Of a stretch of 64,000 bases of DNA, positions 24,566 to 38,039 are shown one piece after another. Origin of the DNA: Ginglymostoma cirratum (Eukaryota); contig JAHRHZ010000021.1 of NCBI GenBank assembly GCA_024137785.1, positions 25,531,200-25,595,199 of the forward strand, read 5' to 3'. Under the pieces are notes generated by a model. The model had not been told where the DNA came from. It saw only the letters and a program-made list of their open reading frames with translations, and did not search any database. Positions within the stretch are counted from its first letter, which is position 1, and every line of letters starts with the position of its first letter. Made by a program: the position numbers and the translations under genes.

Positions 24566-25235
24566 ATAGAGTCAAAAAGTCATAGTCATAGAGCTATACA
24601 GCACAGAAACAGACCCTTCAGTCTAAATAGTCCATGCTGAATGTAATCTTAAACTAGTTCCACCTGCCTGCTCCTGGCCCATATTCTTCCTAGCCTTTCG
24701 TATTCATGTACTTATCCAAATGTCTTTTAAATATTGTAATTGTACCCACATCCACCAATTCCTCAGGAAGTTCATTCCATACACAAACCACCCGCTGTGT
24801 AAGTACTTGGCTCGTCATGTCTTTTTAAAATCTCTCTCCTTTCACCTTAAAAATGTGCCCCCCTTGTCTTGAAATCCCCCATCCTAGGGCAAAAACAACT
24901 ACCATAAACTCTATATCTATACCCTTCATTATTTTATAAACTTCTATAACATCACCTGTCAACCTTCTATGCTCCAGTGAAAAAAAGTCCCAACCTATCC
25001 AGCCCTTCTTTATAACTCAAACCTTCCATAGCCGCCAACATCCTAGTAAATCTCTTCTGAACCCTCTCCAGCTTAGTAATATCTGCCCTATAACTGGGTG
25101 ACCAGAACTGGACACAGTATTTCAAAAGTGATCTAACCAATGTCCTGTACAGTCGTAACATGATGTCCCAACTCCTACTCTCAAAGCACTGACCAGTAAA
25201 GGCAAGTGTACCAAACTCCTTCTTCACTACCCTAA
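24566..25235 (-). mobile_element. CR1 LINE 3' fragment
   Basis: ORF 24967-25227: LYRTLVRSLLKYCVQFWSPSYRADITKLERVQKRFTRML. Confidence 0.92.
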
Positions 25236-27412
25236 GCCAGGCTAAAGGACGGGGGCAGGTTTTCTGCAGTGTTGGATGCAGGATAGTTGGATGTAAGGGC
25301 AGAGGGTGAGTTTGACTTTGATGAAGTCAGATCCCCCAGGAAGCTCCTGCCAAACTCCACAAGCTGTACATCCATGTTACAGGGCAGCCTTAAAGATGCA
25401 CAGTAGACCTGTGCATGTCCTATTAACCCCCTTAAATCCTAATGGAGTTAGGGCTAAAAGGCTTTTGGTGGTTCATTGACAGGCCTAATTGCATGTCACT
25501 GCCAACAAGTATGATTCCCGTTTTGGGCAACTTGCTGCCGCCAGTTAAATTAGGGACAGTATTTGAGATGCTGGAAATCAGATATGACTCTCCCAGTTTA
25601 CCTGCCATCATGCTCTAAAAGTTACCATTATAACCTCATGAGTGAATGTAAATAGAAAAGATATATTAACTTTTATATATTGATACATTTTTATATTTGC
25701 AGATCATCTTCAGTGCTTCATCACTGGCAATTTACTTTAATCAAACATAGCCATTTTCTTTCTTTCGTAGGTAAAGGTTTGCCTCGAGTTTGGATTGAAC
25801 ACACAACTTTCAGTTCTGAGGTAAACACAATACCATAATTAGTAGTAAAGATGAATGAAATTAAAACAGTTACCAAAAGAATGTGAGAGCGATTAGAGAA
25901 CTCATTTTTAAACTTCCCAGTAACTGTGCTGGAAACAAAATCCAAAACAGCTTTAAAAGTGCTTGAAAAAGAAGCAATGTAGTCTGGAGAAAGGGAGAAG
26001 TAGCATTCATATGTTTACTTCATTACGGTTCATCAACTGCATTAGATGGTAGTATAAATCTGAGGGACAATGCAAGTTTAACAAACTACAAAACCTGGTA
26101 ATAGAAGTTCAAATACATTCATCAAGAGATTAGCTGTTTGAATATTTACTTTTCTATCTCTTACACATTAAAGTTTATTGAATCGTGCTGCAGACAAAGA
26201 GAAACTTTTCTCCTTTATTCTCACCTCTTTATTTTTTTCAAGAAATTATGAGGTGAATTTTGCCAGCTTCTGAACAATGTGAGCATGGATGAGTCTAAAG
26301 AAAAAATATGGAGAGATCAGAAAACTGAGATTGAGAACATTGAGAAGAAAAGGTCCAATTTTGCACCCAGTGTTTGATTGTTGAGACAAGATTTTCACTA
26401 GTGAGCAGTGAAAATCTTAGTTATATGTATTAAAATCTAATTTTACCTATTCACTTTTCAGTTACATGTAGTTTGCTATCCCCCACGTAGCAGAGAGGAA
26501 CAACATAGCAACAACTCCCAACATGAAAGTCAGAATGGATTGTTGGCAGCTCCAGCTCTACACTGACCCTCCATCTTTGCCAGCATTTCCCAGAATTGCA
26601 GGACAGGCTCTACTGGTAGCAACTGCCTGAATTTTTTGTTTATGGAGTTTGGCAGTGGACAAGCCTTGTTGCTTTATCGTAGCACTGCTGCAATTCACTT
26701 AGAATACTGTTCAATACTTCAATACAGCACTTTAGAGCACCTACATATTGCACTGTAATACTGCTGCCAGGTCACTTGAAAACACTGAAAGGCACGTTCA
26801 CAGATTAGAGCAAGGTGTATTGCACCACTTTTTGGTTGCTCTCTTAGCAGTCATTCACTTTGCACCTACTTAATTTGTTAGTACCTATACCTTGCCTTGC
26901 CTTTATGTGCCTTGCCCTCTCATTTAGAACTTGCAGCCTCACCGATCTACTGTCTTGACTTACTAATTAGTGTGGACACAAAGTGGGACAGCTTGCCATG
27001 GTTGCCACAGTGATCAGGGAAGGGATGAACATGTTGCTGTATGGCACCAGCTTATGTTAATGTCACACCTACAGCATGTATCTGCAACTTCTGTCGCAAA
27101 CATAAAGGATATGATTCAAACAAATGGCCATGTCTCAAAGCCTAAAGGAAGTAGTCCTCATTCAAGTCAAGGGGACTGGCCTCGGTATGGGGATACCAGC
27201 ACGGTAGGTCGAGGTCATCGTCTGATGTCAGTCCAGGGGCTTGGGCACAGTTAGTTGGCTGCTTGGTGTGTTCAGGGTCCTGGGTTCTGTATCCATTCCG
27301 TCAAGGCAGTAGCCCTGAGTCAGCCCTGAAGAATGACAAGGTCTCAGAAACAAAGACAGAAATTGCTTGAAAAACTCAGCGGGTTTGGGAGCATCTGTGC
27401 AGAGAAAGCAGA

Positions 27413-27448
27413 GTTAACATTTTGAGCCCAGTGACCCTTCTACAGAAC
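27413..27448 (-). ncRNA. Decayed hammerhead ribozyme motif in PLE 3' repeat
   Basis: Minus strand GTT-CTGTAGA-A-GGGTC-ACT-GGGCTC-AAAA-TGTT-AAC; core mutated, probably inactive. Confidence 0.5.
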
Positions 27449-27706
27449 TGATGGTAGTCAGGAAAAGGTTGGTATTTACGCAGAAGGTGGGGTGAGGGAG
27501 GTGGGATGGGAGAGGAGTAAACAATAAAGCGGAAATAGATCCCAAAGAGAGAGAAACACAGGCAGACAAATGCGTGGGTAAAGGTTAGCCTGGGGGAATG
27601 AATTGCCTCTAATGTGGACAATTAGTGGCTGACAGTGGGTTGTGTGTTGTAGCAGACCATGTGATGACAAGGCCTGGTGTGTGGGTAAGGACACGGGAGA
27701 AGGTGT

Positions 27707-27966
27707 TCAAGCCCTAAAATTGTTGAACTGGGTATTTAGTCCAGAAGACTGCAGAGATCCCAAGCAGAAAATTAGGTGCTGTTCTTCCAGCTTGTATTGA
27801 GCCTCACTGGAGCACTGCAGCAAGCCCAAAACAGAGATGTTGGCCAGGTAACACGATGGTGTGTTGACGTAGCAGGCAACCAGAACTCAGTGTCATTTTT
27901 GTGGGCAGAATGTAGCAGTTCTGCAAAGTGGTTGACTGATCTGCAATTCATCTCCCCAGTGTAGAG
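27707..27966 (-). pseudogene. GIY-YIG endonuclease C-terminal remnant of a Penelope-like element
   Basis: LYTGEMNCRSVNHFAELLHSAHKND / (frameshift) VACYVNTPSCYLANISVLGLLQCSSEAQYKLEEQHLIFCLGSLQSSGLNTQFNNFRA*; matches the PLE pattern YIGET.R....RF.EH ... E...I..LGT..P.GLN. Confidence 0.88.
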
Positions 27967-28699
27967 GGGAAAGATACTATGCCATACTGAGGATTAGGAA
28001 GTGAGTAGCCCTCCCTTATGCACGGTTCTAACATGGTATGCTTATAAGGATGGGTAGCCAGTGTAGCTTGATTCTTGTAGCTACAGTTATAATGATGATG
28101 GTTGAGCAGATAGATGTTGATGTAAAATAGCAACACATCTACAAATGTGAGATTCTATTCGCAATGAAATGTCACCTGTGCCACCTGTCATGTTCTCAGG
28201 AACGTTTGTTTTCTCATAGGCCTTCCAAGGGTTATTTGTGGCTGGCAGAGATTGACCTGCTGCACAGCTGGTCTTGGTAGTGTGAAACCCACAAGGTGCC
28301 AGTTGTGATGAGTACTTCCACTGCTGCTTGCCACGTGATAGAATGAGTGCAGTCCCCCACTGGCCACACATAATTAAGCCCCCCCCACCACGTCTCACTG
28401 TTTGGGATGACTAGTTGTTCAGGCAGTTCTTCTTGCTGGGGGATGGTCCATCTAGTCCTGTTGGTTTTTATGCTGAAGGGTCTCCCCCTGGTTCTGGAAG
28501 TAAAAGAAGTTGTGATCTGTAGTCTACCTAGTCAGTAGAGAATGTAAATTCACAACTGGTTTCACTTTGTCACAGAAGGTCACCTGACCCTTTTCAGCCA
28601 TTTTTGGTCAAGGTAAATTCTCTACATTCCCTGTTGTTCTGTTATATTTTTACAATGAAAACTGTCCATCAACTTACTATGCTTGTGGGCAAGTGATGT

Positions 28700-29632
28700 G
28701 AACATGACAATTGCTATTTTTCTTGGTATAGTCTCTTTAATTTAGAATAAAATGGAACTATAAGGGTCATATGACCTGCTGTGAATTCTCAGGGTCAGGT
28801 GACTTGCTTGTTAAAGAACGAATGGGTGCCCAGATTGTTTTATTGGGAAAAGGATGCAAGATGTGGACAATGGTAGGGATATCTGTATTGACAGTGGGTA
28901 GATTATAATCTCCAAGTTTTACAGCAAGGTTTAAGAATGACAAGTTTTCTAAAGAGTCATACTTCAGTCTTTCTTTGAACTGAATAAATAGTTTAGAATT
29001 AGAATCTGGAGGATAGATAATCACAGAATACAAGACCCCTGTGATTCACATTGTCCTAGCGATAGACTTTGCGAGAGGGAAAGAGTTCACAGCAAGGCAT
29101 TGAGGAATCATCTTACAAGGCTTTCCAAAGACATCCTTGAACCACACACAATTATTCTGCAATAATTTGACAAAGTGAGAGACAGACTGCAATGAGATAG
29201 AAGCAGCTAGTCATTATCATTCACTAAGCCTCACCCTCAAACTGACGAGACCAATTTTGTTTGTTTCACTAGCTTTGTGTAAAAGGAAAAGTCTCCAGGG
29301 TAACTGTTACCAATAACGTTTGTTTTGGGGTTACAAATTTGATGGCTGGAAAAGAATAATTGAAGCAAATGACAGCTTTGTACTGATTCCCGGAGAATGT
29401 AATGTCCATTAAAGTGTATGCATGAAGGTGGATTTCTGGTCCTTTAAATGGGAAAACGTTTCTGTAGTGTACAGTATATGTTGCCAATTGAACAATGTTT
29501 AAATAATGTTCCTTTCAGTAGTTTGTTGCACTAATTATCTTAAAAGTTTCAAATCCTGTCATGTGATCTTCCAGTCAGTCACTGGGAATTCATTTTTTTA
29601 AAAAAGTTATCAAACTTGTGTAGATTATAACA
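28700..29632 (+). mobile_element. Solo LTR (5' boundary approximate)
   Basis: Ends ...gattataACA; 3' ~90 bp homologous to 20184-20452. Confidence 0.5.
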
Positions 29633-30532
29633 ACTCATACTTTTATAGAAAAAGCCACATTATTTAATACATTAATATTTCCTCTCTAGTTTTGTAGTGT
29701 TTCTGCAATTTTATAACATTCCTCTTCGTGTTTATTTTAACTTATAGAATAACATTTCATCATTATCTATTTCCCTTAATTCTTCCTTAAATCACTATTC
29801 CAAAAGAAAGTGAATTTTGTGCTCATCATGTTTTGTCATATTGCTACAGGAAATGGAACACCCTTCATCATTATCAAATCCAAAGTAATTCTTCTTCTGG
29901 TCTAAGCAGCAATTTGCTTCACTGATAGAATATACAATAGTCAATGCCAGATTCTGGTGCATTGTGTCTGTTGCATTCACATTCATTAGAAACTGGGCTA
30001 AGGCTCAAATTGATTAATTGATTAAGTGTGGCTGGTTTGAACCATTCTGTCAGTTTAAGAGCTTAAGCCACTTCAAGAATGTGATAAGAAGCAGAAAGTC
30101 TGACATCACATGCAAACAGTCTGAATCGGACTCATCTTCTTGCCATTGCATCAAAGAACATTTTTTAATCCATAGTTCTAACTACTACCTCTTATCTTTC
30201 ATTTTTAAAACAAGACTATGCAAATAAAATTGGCGGTTCATTTTAAGTGAAATAATATGGGAGGGAGATTTCTTCTGTATTTAGATATATCAAGATCATA
30301 TGAGCAATGTTTACAATTTTACCACACGAGACATTTTTTTTAATTTAGCGGATCTAACTGAACCGATAAAGAATTGATAGAACTATTCAAGAAATAGTCA
30401 TTCACCTTCCTAAAGTTAGCCATGATAGATGTTTAAACTGAACAAAATCAAAAGGAAATTGTTAACACAATAATGTTTAATGATATACAGTAAAGCGAAA
30501 TGTTCATTTAGGTTAATCAATAAAAACATTAG

Positions 30533-30822
30533 GACATAACATAAGAACATAAGAAATAAGAGCAGAAGTAGGCTATCTGGCCCATCGAACCTGCTCCGCC
30601 ATTCACTAAGATCATGGCTGATCTTTTCGTGGAATCAGCTCCACTTACCCCCCCAACTCCAAGACCCCAGGTCACCATAATCCTGAATTTCTTCACTGAT
30701 CAAAAATCTATCTGTGCCTTAAAAACATTCAATGAGGTGGCCTGAACTGCTTTCACTTGGCAGGGAATTTCACAGATTCACAACCCTTTGGGTGAAGAAA
30801 TTCATCCTCAACTCAGTCCTAA
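30533..30822 (-). mobile_element. CR1 3' end (AAGAACAT-tail subfamily)
   Basis: acataagaacataagaaataagagcagaagtaggc..cccatcgaacctgctccgccattc..agatcatggctgatc; related plus-strand tails at 45820-45925 and 58865-58950. Confidence 0.85.
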
Positions 30823-32039
30823 AAAACATAGAATAAAGGTGAATACTATTTAACAGTGCAAAATAGAGACGAGTTATATCCTCATAAGGGTGGTATTCAA
30901 TGAATGTAATTTACAACTCTGAAGCAAATTGCAAATTAAATATAGGTATTATTGTAAATTAGTGAAGTTTTCTGTGCAATCAAAGAGCATAGAATGGGAT
31001 TGTGTTCTGAGGCAGCATTCATGGCTCATGTACATTATGGCACCTGTTAAATTTTGCTCTTTCAAGAATTTTATTCAAGTATCTGTGCCTTATTTTATGC
31101 CTAGGCAGATTGTAACATCACCAGCTATAAAACCAGTCAAATGCAAATATGTGTTTACTCGTTCAGCAATTGGTTTAGTGTTTGATTTGGAAGCAGTGCT
31201 GTATCTTAGGAATTTTATTCTTTAAGATGTTCTATTTGGCCCATCTCTGGAGTTAAATCTTCCTGGAAGTATTATTTCTGCTATGATTGCTTCCTAATGC
31301 AATACTGTTCCATTCTTGTTATTTTAACAGCTTTTAGTCCTGTAGTATATGAATGCTGTTTTATTCCTTTTGCCAATTTGCTTTAATTTCTGCTTTATAG
31401 CATGCTGTTTTATTTTCCTTGTCTTAAAAGGACTTTTACTGTGCAGTGTCCAATGCTGCTTCCTTGTACTGCTTCCCGGAAACTTTTCCCGAGCTTTTGT
31501 AGCCAAACCTCTATGACTGAAATGAAAGTTTTCCCACAGTTTAAAACTAAAATGGAACTTTTCCACCTTTTTACAAGCAGGTTTTGTGGACTTTACAAGC
31601 AGGAATTAGATGTTTGGACCAAAAAACTGGAGTGGCGCAGCAATGCGACTGTAGTTGTTCCTCTTCAAATGATTAAGCTCCTGATACAGAAGTTGATTAA
31701 GAGTTAAGGAGAGTGAGTGATATGACATTGCATGAAATTTAGATTGCAGTTAAATATAATTCTGCTGCTGGTGCTGACCCGCAGTACCTCATGAGCACCA
31801 AGTTCTGAACTACTAGATCTGTCTTTACTCAGTCATATTTAGCATGAATTGGAGAGCCACACAACAGGATGAATGGTATCCTCATTGCAAAGAGCTGACT
31901 TTGTTTCTCCAAGGACTGAACTGTAATCACTCCTGCCAATTGTGTCGTGACCAGTTGTGACAGGTTTGTGGGGAAGATGAAGTTAAGTAGCTTGTTCCTT
32001 CTGTTGGCTCTCTCATTACGTTGCATTGCTGAGTCTGGC

Positions 32040-32460
32040 AATTCTATCTCCCGTGACATGTCTGGTCCAACCAGTAATCAAGCTACTGACCTAGAGCGCA
32101 TAGTGGACATTGAAATCTCTCCCCCAGTGTATACTTTCTGCCCTTGCTACACTCAACCCTTTTCCTAAGAGGTATTCTACGTGATTCATCAGCTGAGGGA
32201 GGTGGGTGGTTATGAGCAGAAGATTTTGCTGAACATGTTTGAGTCATCATGGGTCAGGGTTAATGTTAAAGACTCCTAGATACACTCCCGGCTGCCTGTA
32301 TATCACAGTGTCACCACTGTCGGCGGATTTTCCAGAGGGATTGGGCATACCCAAAAACAATGACAGAAAGGTCCTGGACTTTGTCTCTAACATATGATTC
32401 TGTGTGCTTGACAGACAGTTGCTTGGCTAGATTGGGATATTTCTCCCAACTTTGGTGTAA
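32040..32460 (-). mobile_element. APE endonuclease-domain fragment of a CR1/L2-group LINE
   Basis: Minus strand gives ESYVRDKV..GY.., SGDTVIYRQPGVYLGVFNI and RDFNVH (GDFN motif). Confidence 0.7.
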
Positions 32461-32479
32461 GGCATATGAGAGAGCAGAA

Positions 32480-32755
32480 AAGAGTTGACCACATTACTAT
32501 GGGTCTCCTGTCAAATGTAGACCAGACTGGTCAAGAACAGCAGATTTCAATCCTCAACATAATTGAACAAGATGGGTGTTAATGACAATCCAGTGATTTT
32601 GTGGCCATCAATGCTGATACAAGCTTTTTATTCCAGATTTTATTAAAGTGAATTTAATTCCGTTGCTGTCATGGTGAGATTTAAGCTCTTGGCACTAAAT
32701 CATTAGTCCAGGATTCTGGCTTACTAGTCCAATAACATAACCATTATGCCACTGT
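32480..32755 (-). mobile_element. tRNA-derived SINE (family of 7934-8273)
   Basis: Reverse complement has the head cagtggcataatggttatgttattggactagtaa, matching 57060 onward, and the tacatttgac..gaccc..atgtggtcaactct segment. Confidence 0.7.
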
Positions 32756-35728
32756 TGTAGCATTAAGTTTAACTCTTTTACATACAGTTAATAGAAATAC
32801 GTTAAGAACATTTGATTCACTCGCTGTCACATATACAAAGTCCGCTAATATTTCTGCTTCTCAAATAGATGGAATAACAGGGCAGGAGATTCTTTACAAT
32901 AGACTCCATCAAAGTTTGCAGTGAGATCTTATAGTTGACCATGAATAAATAGCATCTGTTTCAATAGAAATGAAAGGCTGTTGGTATATTTGGTGTTGTT
33001 GTCATCCTTTGAGAAGGTAATAGCTACATAATTGCTAATATTTTAGAGTAACTCATCTCCTATAATGTAGTCATTGGTACTAATCCTTAACCCAAAGCAA
33101 ATTAGCTGAATGTAGATAATCATTGTAAATTAGATATATTAACAACAGACAGAAAATAACAATGCACTTGGAAGAAATCCATTATAGTTTAGGATTAGTG
33201 GGAATTATTTTTTGAAAGTGAACATACATTCATGATGTATTGCCGGGAAACTTCCCTTCAATTTCCTTGGCTTCTTCACATTTAGCTTTGGTCTTATTAG
33301 GACTCTGCAATTAAAATAATCTCTTTTTATATTTTACTGGCAGATTAATGTCCTCAAAGACCTTGCTTTTTCTGTTAATCTGATGATCCTCTTAGGTAAT
33401 GAGTCTTTCATGTTCACCTATGCATGATGCTTTGTCACATACAGCACAAACCCATCAAAATGAAAGTTTCAAGGCAAAATTTGAATACGGTTCCAGAGAT
33501 CTGCTAGAAATTATGTTCAGAATGTGGGTGGGGCCTCTGTTCTTGTGTGATAGCTTTGGAATTAAAAAAAAAACAAATTTTCATGAGGGCCAAAGTAAAA
33601 TATTGCAAGCCTGAAATGTGTATGATTCTGGGTGCATTTAAGTCTTCCGTACCTGCATGCTTGGAACCCATTCTGCGTTAAAATCCATCCCCAGGTTTGA
33701 AGCAGACCTGCAAACTTCACAATCTGCGGTGCTAAGTTGGTCTACTGCCAGACTGATCAGAAGCCATTTTTTTGCTTTCTTTTTAAATCAACCCCTGCCT
33801 GGTTTTGATGTGATCTTTGCTAACCAACAGAAAATCTCAGCAGGAATTGATTATTTTAAATGGCTCCCTTGCAATCGCTAAACAGATCAACCTTGCAGCA
33901 ATCAATTGTGACCAGCAGGTGTGTTCCATAATGATTGTGTGACGTATGTAGAGCTTGTCTCCTTCACTTGCACTTAGTTGGAATGCAAGCTGCTGATCTT
34001 CTTGAAGGAGCTCTCAACTACCAATTACTGTTGAATGGCTCTGTTAAACATGAAACACCATGGGACACATAGGAGCTGAGTTAATTTCCCAATCGTCCAG
34101 CTTGTTTTTAAATTTAGGATCACTGAGAATCAAAATTCTGGTATCTTCACCCGAAAGAAAAATATAGACTAGCTTGGACATTTCTATGCTTTTTCCTTGT
34201 ACATAGACTTGGCAGTATATTGCCTGTTAACTATTTGATCTCTTGTGATTGCAAATATGTAGGTCATATTTTGATATGAAGAGTTACCATTACGTCATCT
34301 GCATCAAATTCACCTTCATCCTTACAGAAATTCTTTAATCATTCCCCATCTAGAGATTGCCCACTATATATTCCCTAGCTCAGATATCATAGCATATGTC
34401 CAGAAAATAAGCAAATAATATATCCTAAAAATTTCATGTTAAACATTATTAACAAATCTGCTTGTGTAAAATTATGAAATGCCACAAGATGCTCTTGCTT
34501 CCTCATCTCTATGGGAGGGAGGTGTGGAGAAGGGTTCAGACAGCACCACAGAATAACCATTTTCATCCATACTGAATGAGATGAATAAAATAGTAACATC
34601 TACAACTTTCTGTCATCTTTCATCACTGATTTATCATTAGTCACATGGGTAATCATATTATTTACTGTTGTCCACTTCTTCCTGAAAACATGTTCAGATT
34701 TTTGTTATATTCAGTGATAAACATTGTCGTGAATCTACCTATGCAAGGTTTAGAACAATACCTAAAAAAATCCTCATAAAATATTGTGGGGCTCAAATGG
34801 ACCAAGAATGTTATTGCAGGGGGATACAATGGAAAACCTTTACACGTTGACATTTTATTAAAAGCAGTACTATTAGTAACATATGAGGTTTATAAGCTCA
34901 CTTAAATATAAACAAATGAACTATATTCTGGAGTAGATGATGAATTGCAGCACTATGTTTTCACCAATGATTCTTTATTGCTGAAGTTTAATACAAACTA
35001 CTTCAATTTTTCAAAGCGTTTACATGCAGGTCATATAGACCCATCTTGTTTTGCCAGGTGGAATGTCTGGGTTCTACAAAGCCTTGATAAAATCCAGCTG
35101 CAACTGCCTGATACCCGTTTAGTCTGAAAAATCAGACTGTGCAAACAAATATGTCTTGGCCATAGATATTGCCACATCTGCCAACAATTAGTTATGTATC
35201 AAGTAAAAATAGGGACAGCAGAATAAAATAATATCATATTTCAGTACAATCAAATAAACAAGGGTTCAGCAATAATTATTCATGAAATGTGTATGACTTG
35301 AGTTCATGTAGATGCAGGTCATTTTTGGTTCATTTTTAAAATAATCTAGTATTTTAGGTAGAAAGAATCTTCCAGGGAACAATACCCAATAATCTGTCGG
35401 GTGGGCACTTAACAAAACCGGGAATTGAGTTTAATAAAAATGTTGCCTCTGTGCCATCCATTCTCTCCGCCTGCAGAGAAGACACTAAAACAATCTTTCA
35501 GTTGGCGGGAAGGATACTGAAGTGACTAGCTGTTCACTAAAATCTCCCAAATGGAAAACTCAGTTTTTAAGTTGGGAGGAAAAGTGTTTAATTTCTTTTA
35601 GGAATGGAGCTTTGAGCCTCGCAGCTCAGCTGCTGTACCCCTCACAACTCCATGTTCACCCATCTTGCCTTAGTTGTGTGACACAATTGGAGAGTGCGGT
35701 TTCACATCAAATGTTGTTTGTATTTTCA

Positions 35729-36579
35729 TGATGATGGTAAAATATAATTTTAACACATGAGACTTTCATGGACTAAAATGGCTTTAAAGAAAGGAGAAGC
35801 ACTGATATAAGGAGGTTGCAATAGTCACCTGACTAGGATGAGCTAAACTCATGAGTCCAGCATGAGATAAAAAAAGACAACTTGAGCCAAAATTAACAAT
35901 TTATCAAAAGATATTTAAATGCAGTCAAGTGTGAAGAAACTTTCCTCTCCTACTTTTACATATTTTTGGAAGTTTCACATATTGACATGAAACTTGTCAA
36001 CTTGAAAGGAACTATGATGACAAATATGTGAGTGAACTACATTGCAACAATAGAAATTTTGAACAGAACAGGGGAGGAAGATGGATTTGAAAGACAGAAT
36101 TAGATTACTCACTCTCTCTCCTTGCCTGCTACCCTCAAATCATCAAAAAATAGCACCTGGTGATAAAGCAAACTGAAGAAAATATAGTTACCAAGAAGAC
36201 ATTTACCGATTTTGTCTTTGCTGAAATCCAAAAGACCTATGAAACAACTGTGGCCTCAGTTTAAAATCTGACAACTTAATGACTCTAGGACCATTATATT
36301 TAAAATTTCACATTCTTGACTTCCCTTTTATATTAGACACTCTTTCCTTTTTAAATTTGTGTTGATATTGTGTTTATTATTTTTCTTGCAGATGATAAGT
36401 AGTAAAATTATTTTTTCTTTCACTGAAGAAAACCTTATAATTGGTTCCCTAATGTTGACTAATATAACATTTAAATTAAAGTGTGGTGTTGCTGCTTGCA
36501 AAACAGAAATAAATTCTTTTAGTCATTGAACAAGAGGGTAGTGGGGAGCTAATTCACCTGTCCTCATTTTGTCACAACA
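35729..36579 (+). mobile_element. Probable solo LTR
   Basis: TG...CA ends (tgatgatg ... gtcacaaca), AATAAA about 70 bp before the end, non-coding; recognised from shark LTR-like terminus ggggagctaattcacctgtcctca. Confidence 0.4.
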
Positions 36580-37499
36580 GTATACATAGCTTTAAAACTA
36601 AGTATTGATTTTGCAGGACACTAGGAAATATGGGAAATACAAAGTTACCCTACTCAATGTTTTGTTACCTTTATGTTTGTATTCAGCTATTATTCAATTC
36701 CTTCTATAATGCTGCAATAACTGGTCTGTTCAATCCTGAAATTTGGCAGCAGCTGACCTTCATCACCAATCCTCATTTCCCATATGACATCCTATGACTG
36801 AATCAGAAAAGAATTCCTCTGTCAAATTATATATACGCTAGGAATTCTAGCAATCAAGATAAAATACCTAATTATTTTCTAATCTTACTCTCAGAAAATA
36901 CGTTTTTCTTGTCACTCTTTCGCCCATATGATCCCTATTTCAACCCTGACTAACTGACCTTCATTGACAGTGACCCTTAATTTCCTGAGGCGTTCCACTT
37001 CCTCAGTGAATCCTGCACAATGCCCCTGTTTGTATTTGAATGTTATTATTACCACTTGGATTTATTCCAATTTGGAAACCCTACCTTGAATCTGGTTTGT
37101 AATTAATCAGACTTCATCTTACATTCCAGATCATATCACAGTACCTTTGTCCTCTGAAGTCAAGACAACATCTTGTGTCTCATGCCCATCAACAGACATC
37201 ATATCAACTCTGTACCTGCGTGTTGAACATGACAAAGGTACTCTTTATTTTCTATAGGAGGCTGTCTTCTGCATTCCTATTTTCAACCATACATAAATAA
37301 ATCATCTCTATCATCTGTTTTTTTAAACAGTTGACTAAGTTCTTCAAGGTTTCAGTGCATTAGTCACATTCAAAATGTAGAAAGTGATTTATGACATGAA
37401 TATTGAGCAGAAACCATCTTTCCTGGGTTGGCTTGTGCTTTTTGAAACTTCTCACAGTCTAACTACTCTGTCCTAATTGATGTCAATTACGGTGTGTTA

Positions 37500-37772
37500 A
37501 ATGAGAGTCATTCGCAATCCAGATTCAAAATTGCACTTTCCTGATTTCCGTTGCTCAACCATTGTCAGCTGTGCCTTAGCTGCCTTTAGCCTGAGCTTTG
37601 AAAATTCCTCCCCAAATTTTTGCAGTCTCTACTTAAAGATACACTGTAAAAAAAAGTACCTCTGTCCTAATATCTTCTTACATGATTCAATGTCAAATTT
37701 TGTCCTACAACATTCTGTGAAGCACTCAGGGTTATTTAACTATGTTAACCATACTTTAAGATTTATGATGTT
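37500..37772 (+). mobile_element. L2 LINE 3' end, decayed
   Basis: accattgtcagctgtgcctt.agctgc..ctgagctttgaaaattcctccc (GGRAFS..P.LWNSLP-like) and tail ctgtgaagcactcaggg..tatgttaa. Confidence 0.65.
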
Positions 37773-38039
37773 AATATTTGTACATTATTTATATTGCTGG
37801 TGTATCCTAGATGACTTAGACTGAGCATTCTGAGGTGCAGCAAACATCAAACAGATGTCAGGAGCATGAATAGTGACTTTTGTGGAAAGGATTTTTGTTA
37901 TAATCCCCTCTGCAGACACCTTCTGACAGGGTCAGGCCACAGGCAGCTCGTTGGGCCCCATCACCTACTACCTTATACCATAGTCACAGCTTCTTAGAAG
38001 AAGCATAGACTTCCTTGTGGGTGTTATCTTTTATGTTAT

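Larger units (their letters stand above)
27345..27967 (-). mobile_element. Penelope-like retroelement, 5'-truncated (GIY-YIG end, 3' UTR, terminal repeat with decayed hammerhead)
   Basis: GIY-YIG remnant followed by a 3' UTR and the same terminal repeat found in the fold-back elements. Confidence 0.88.

Noticed and set aside
28767-29033. ORF containing LGDYNLP, resembling the APE GDFN motif
   Set aside because: No other endonuclease motifs; lies in a probable LTR
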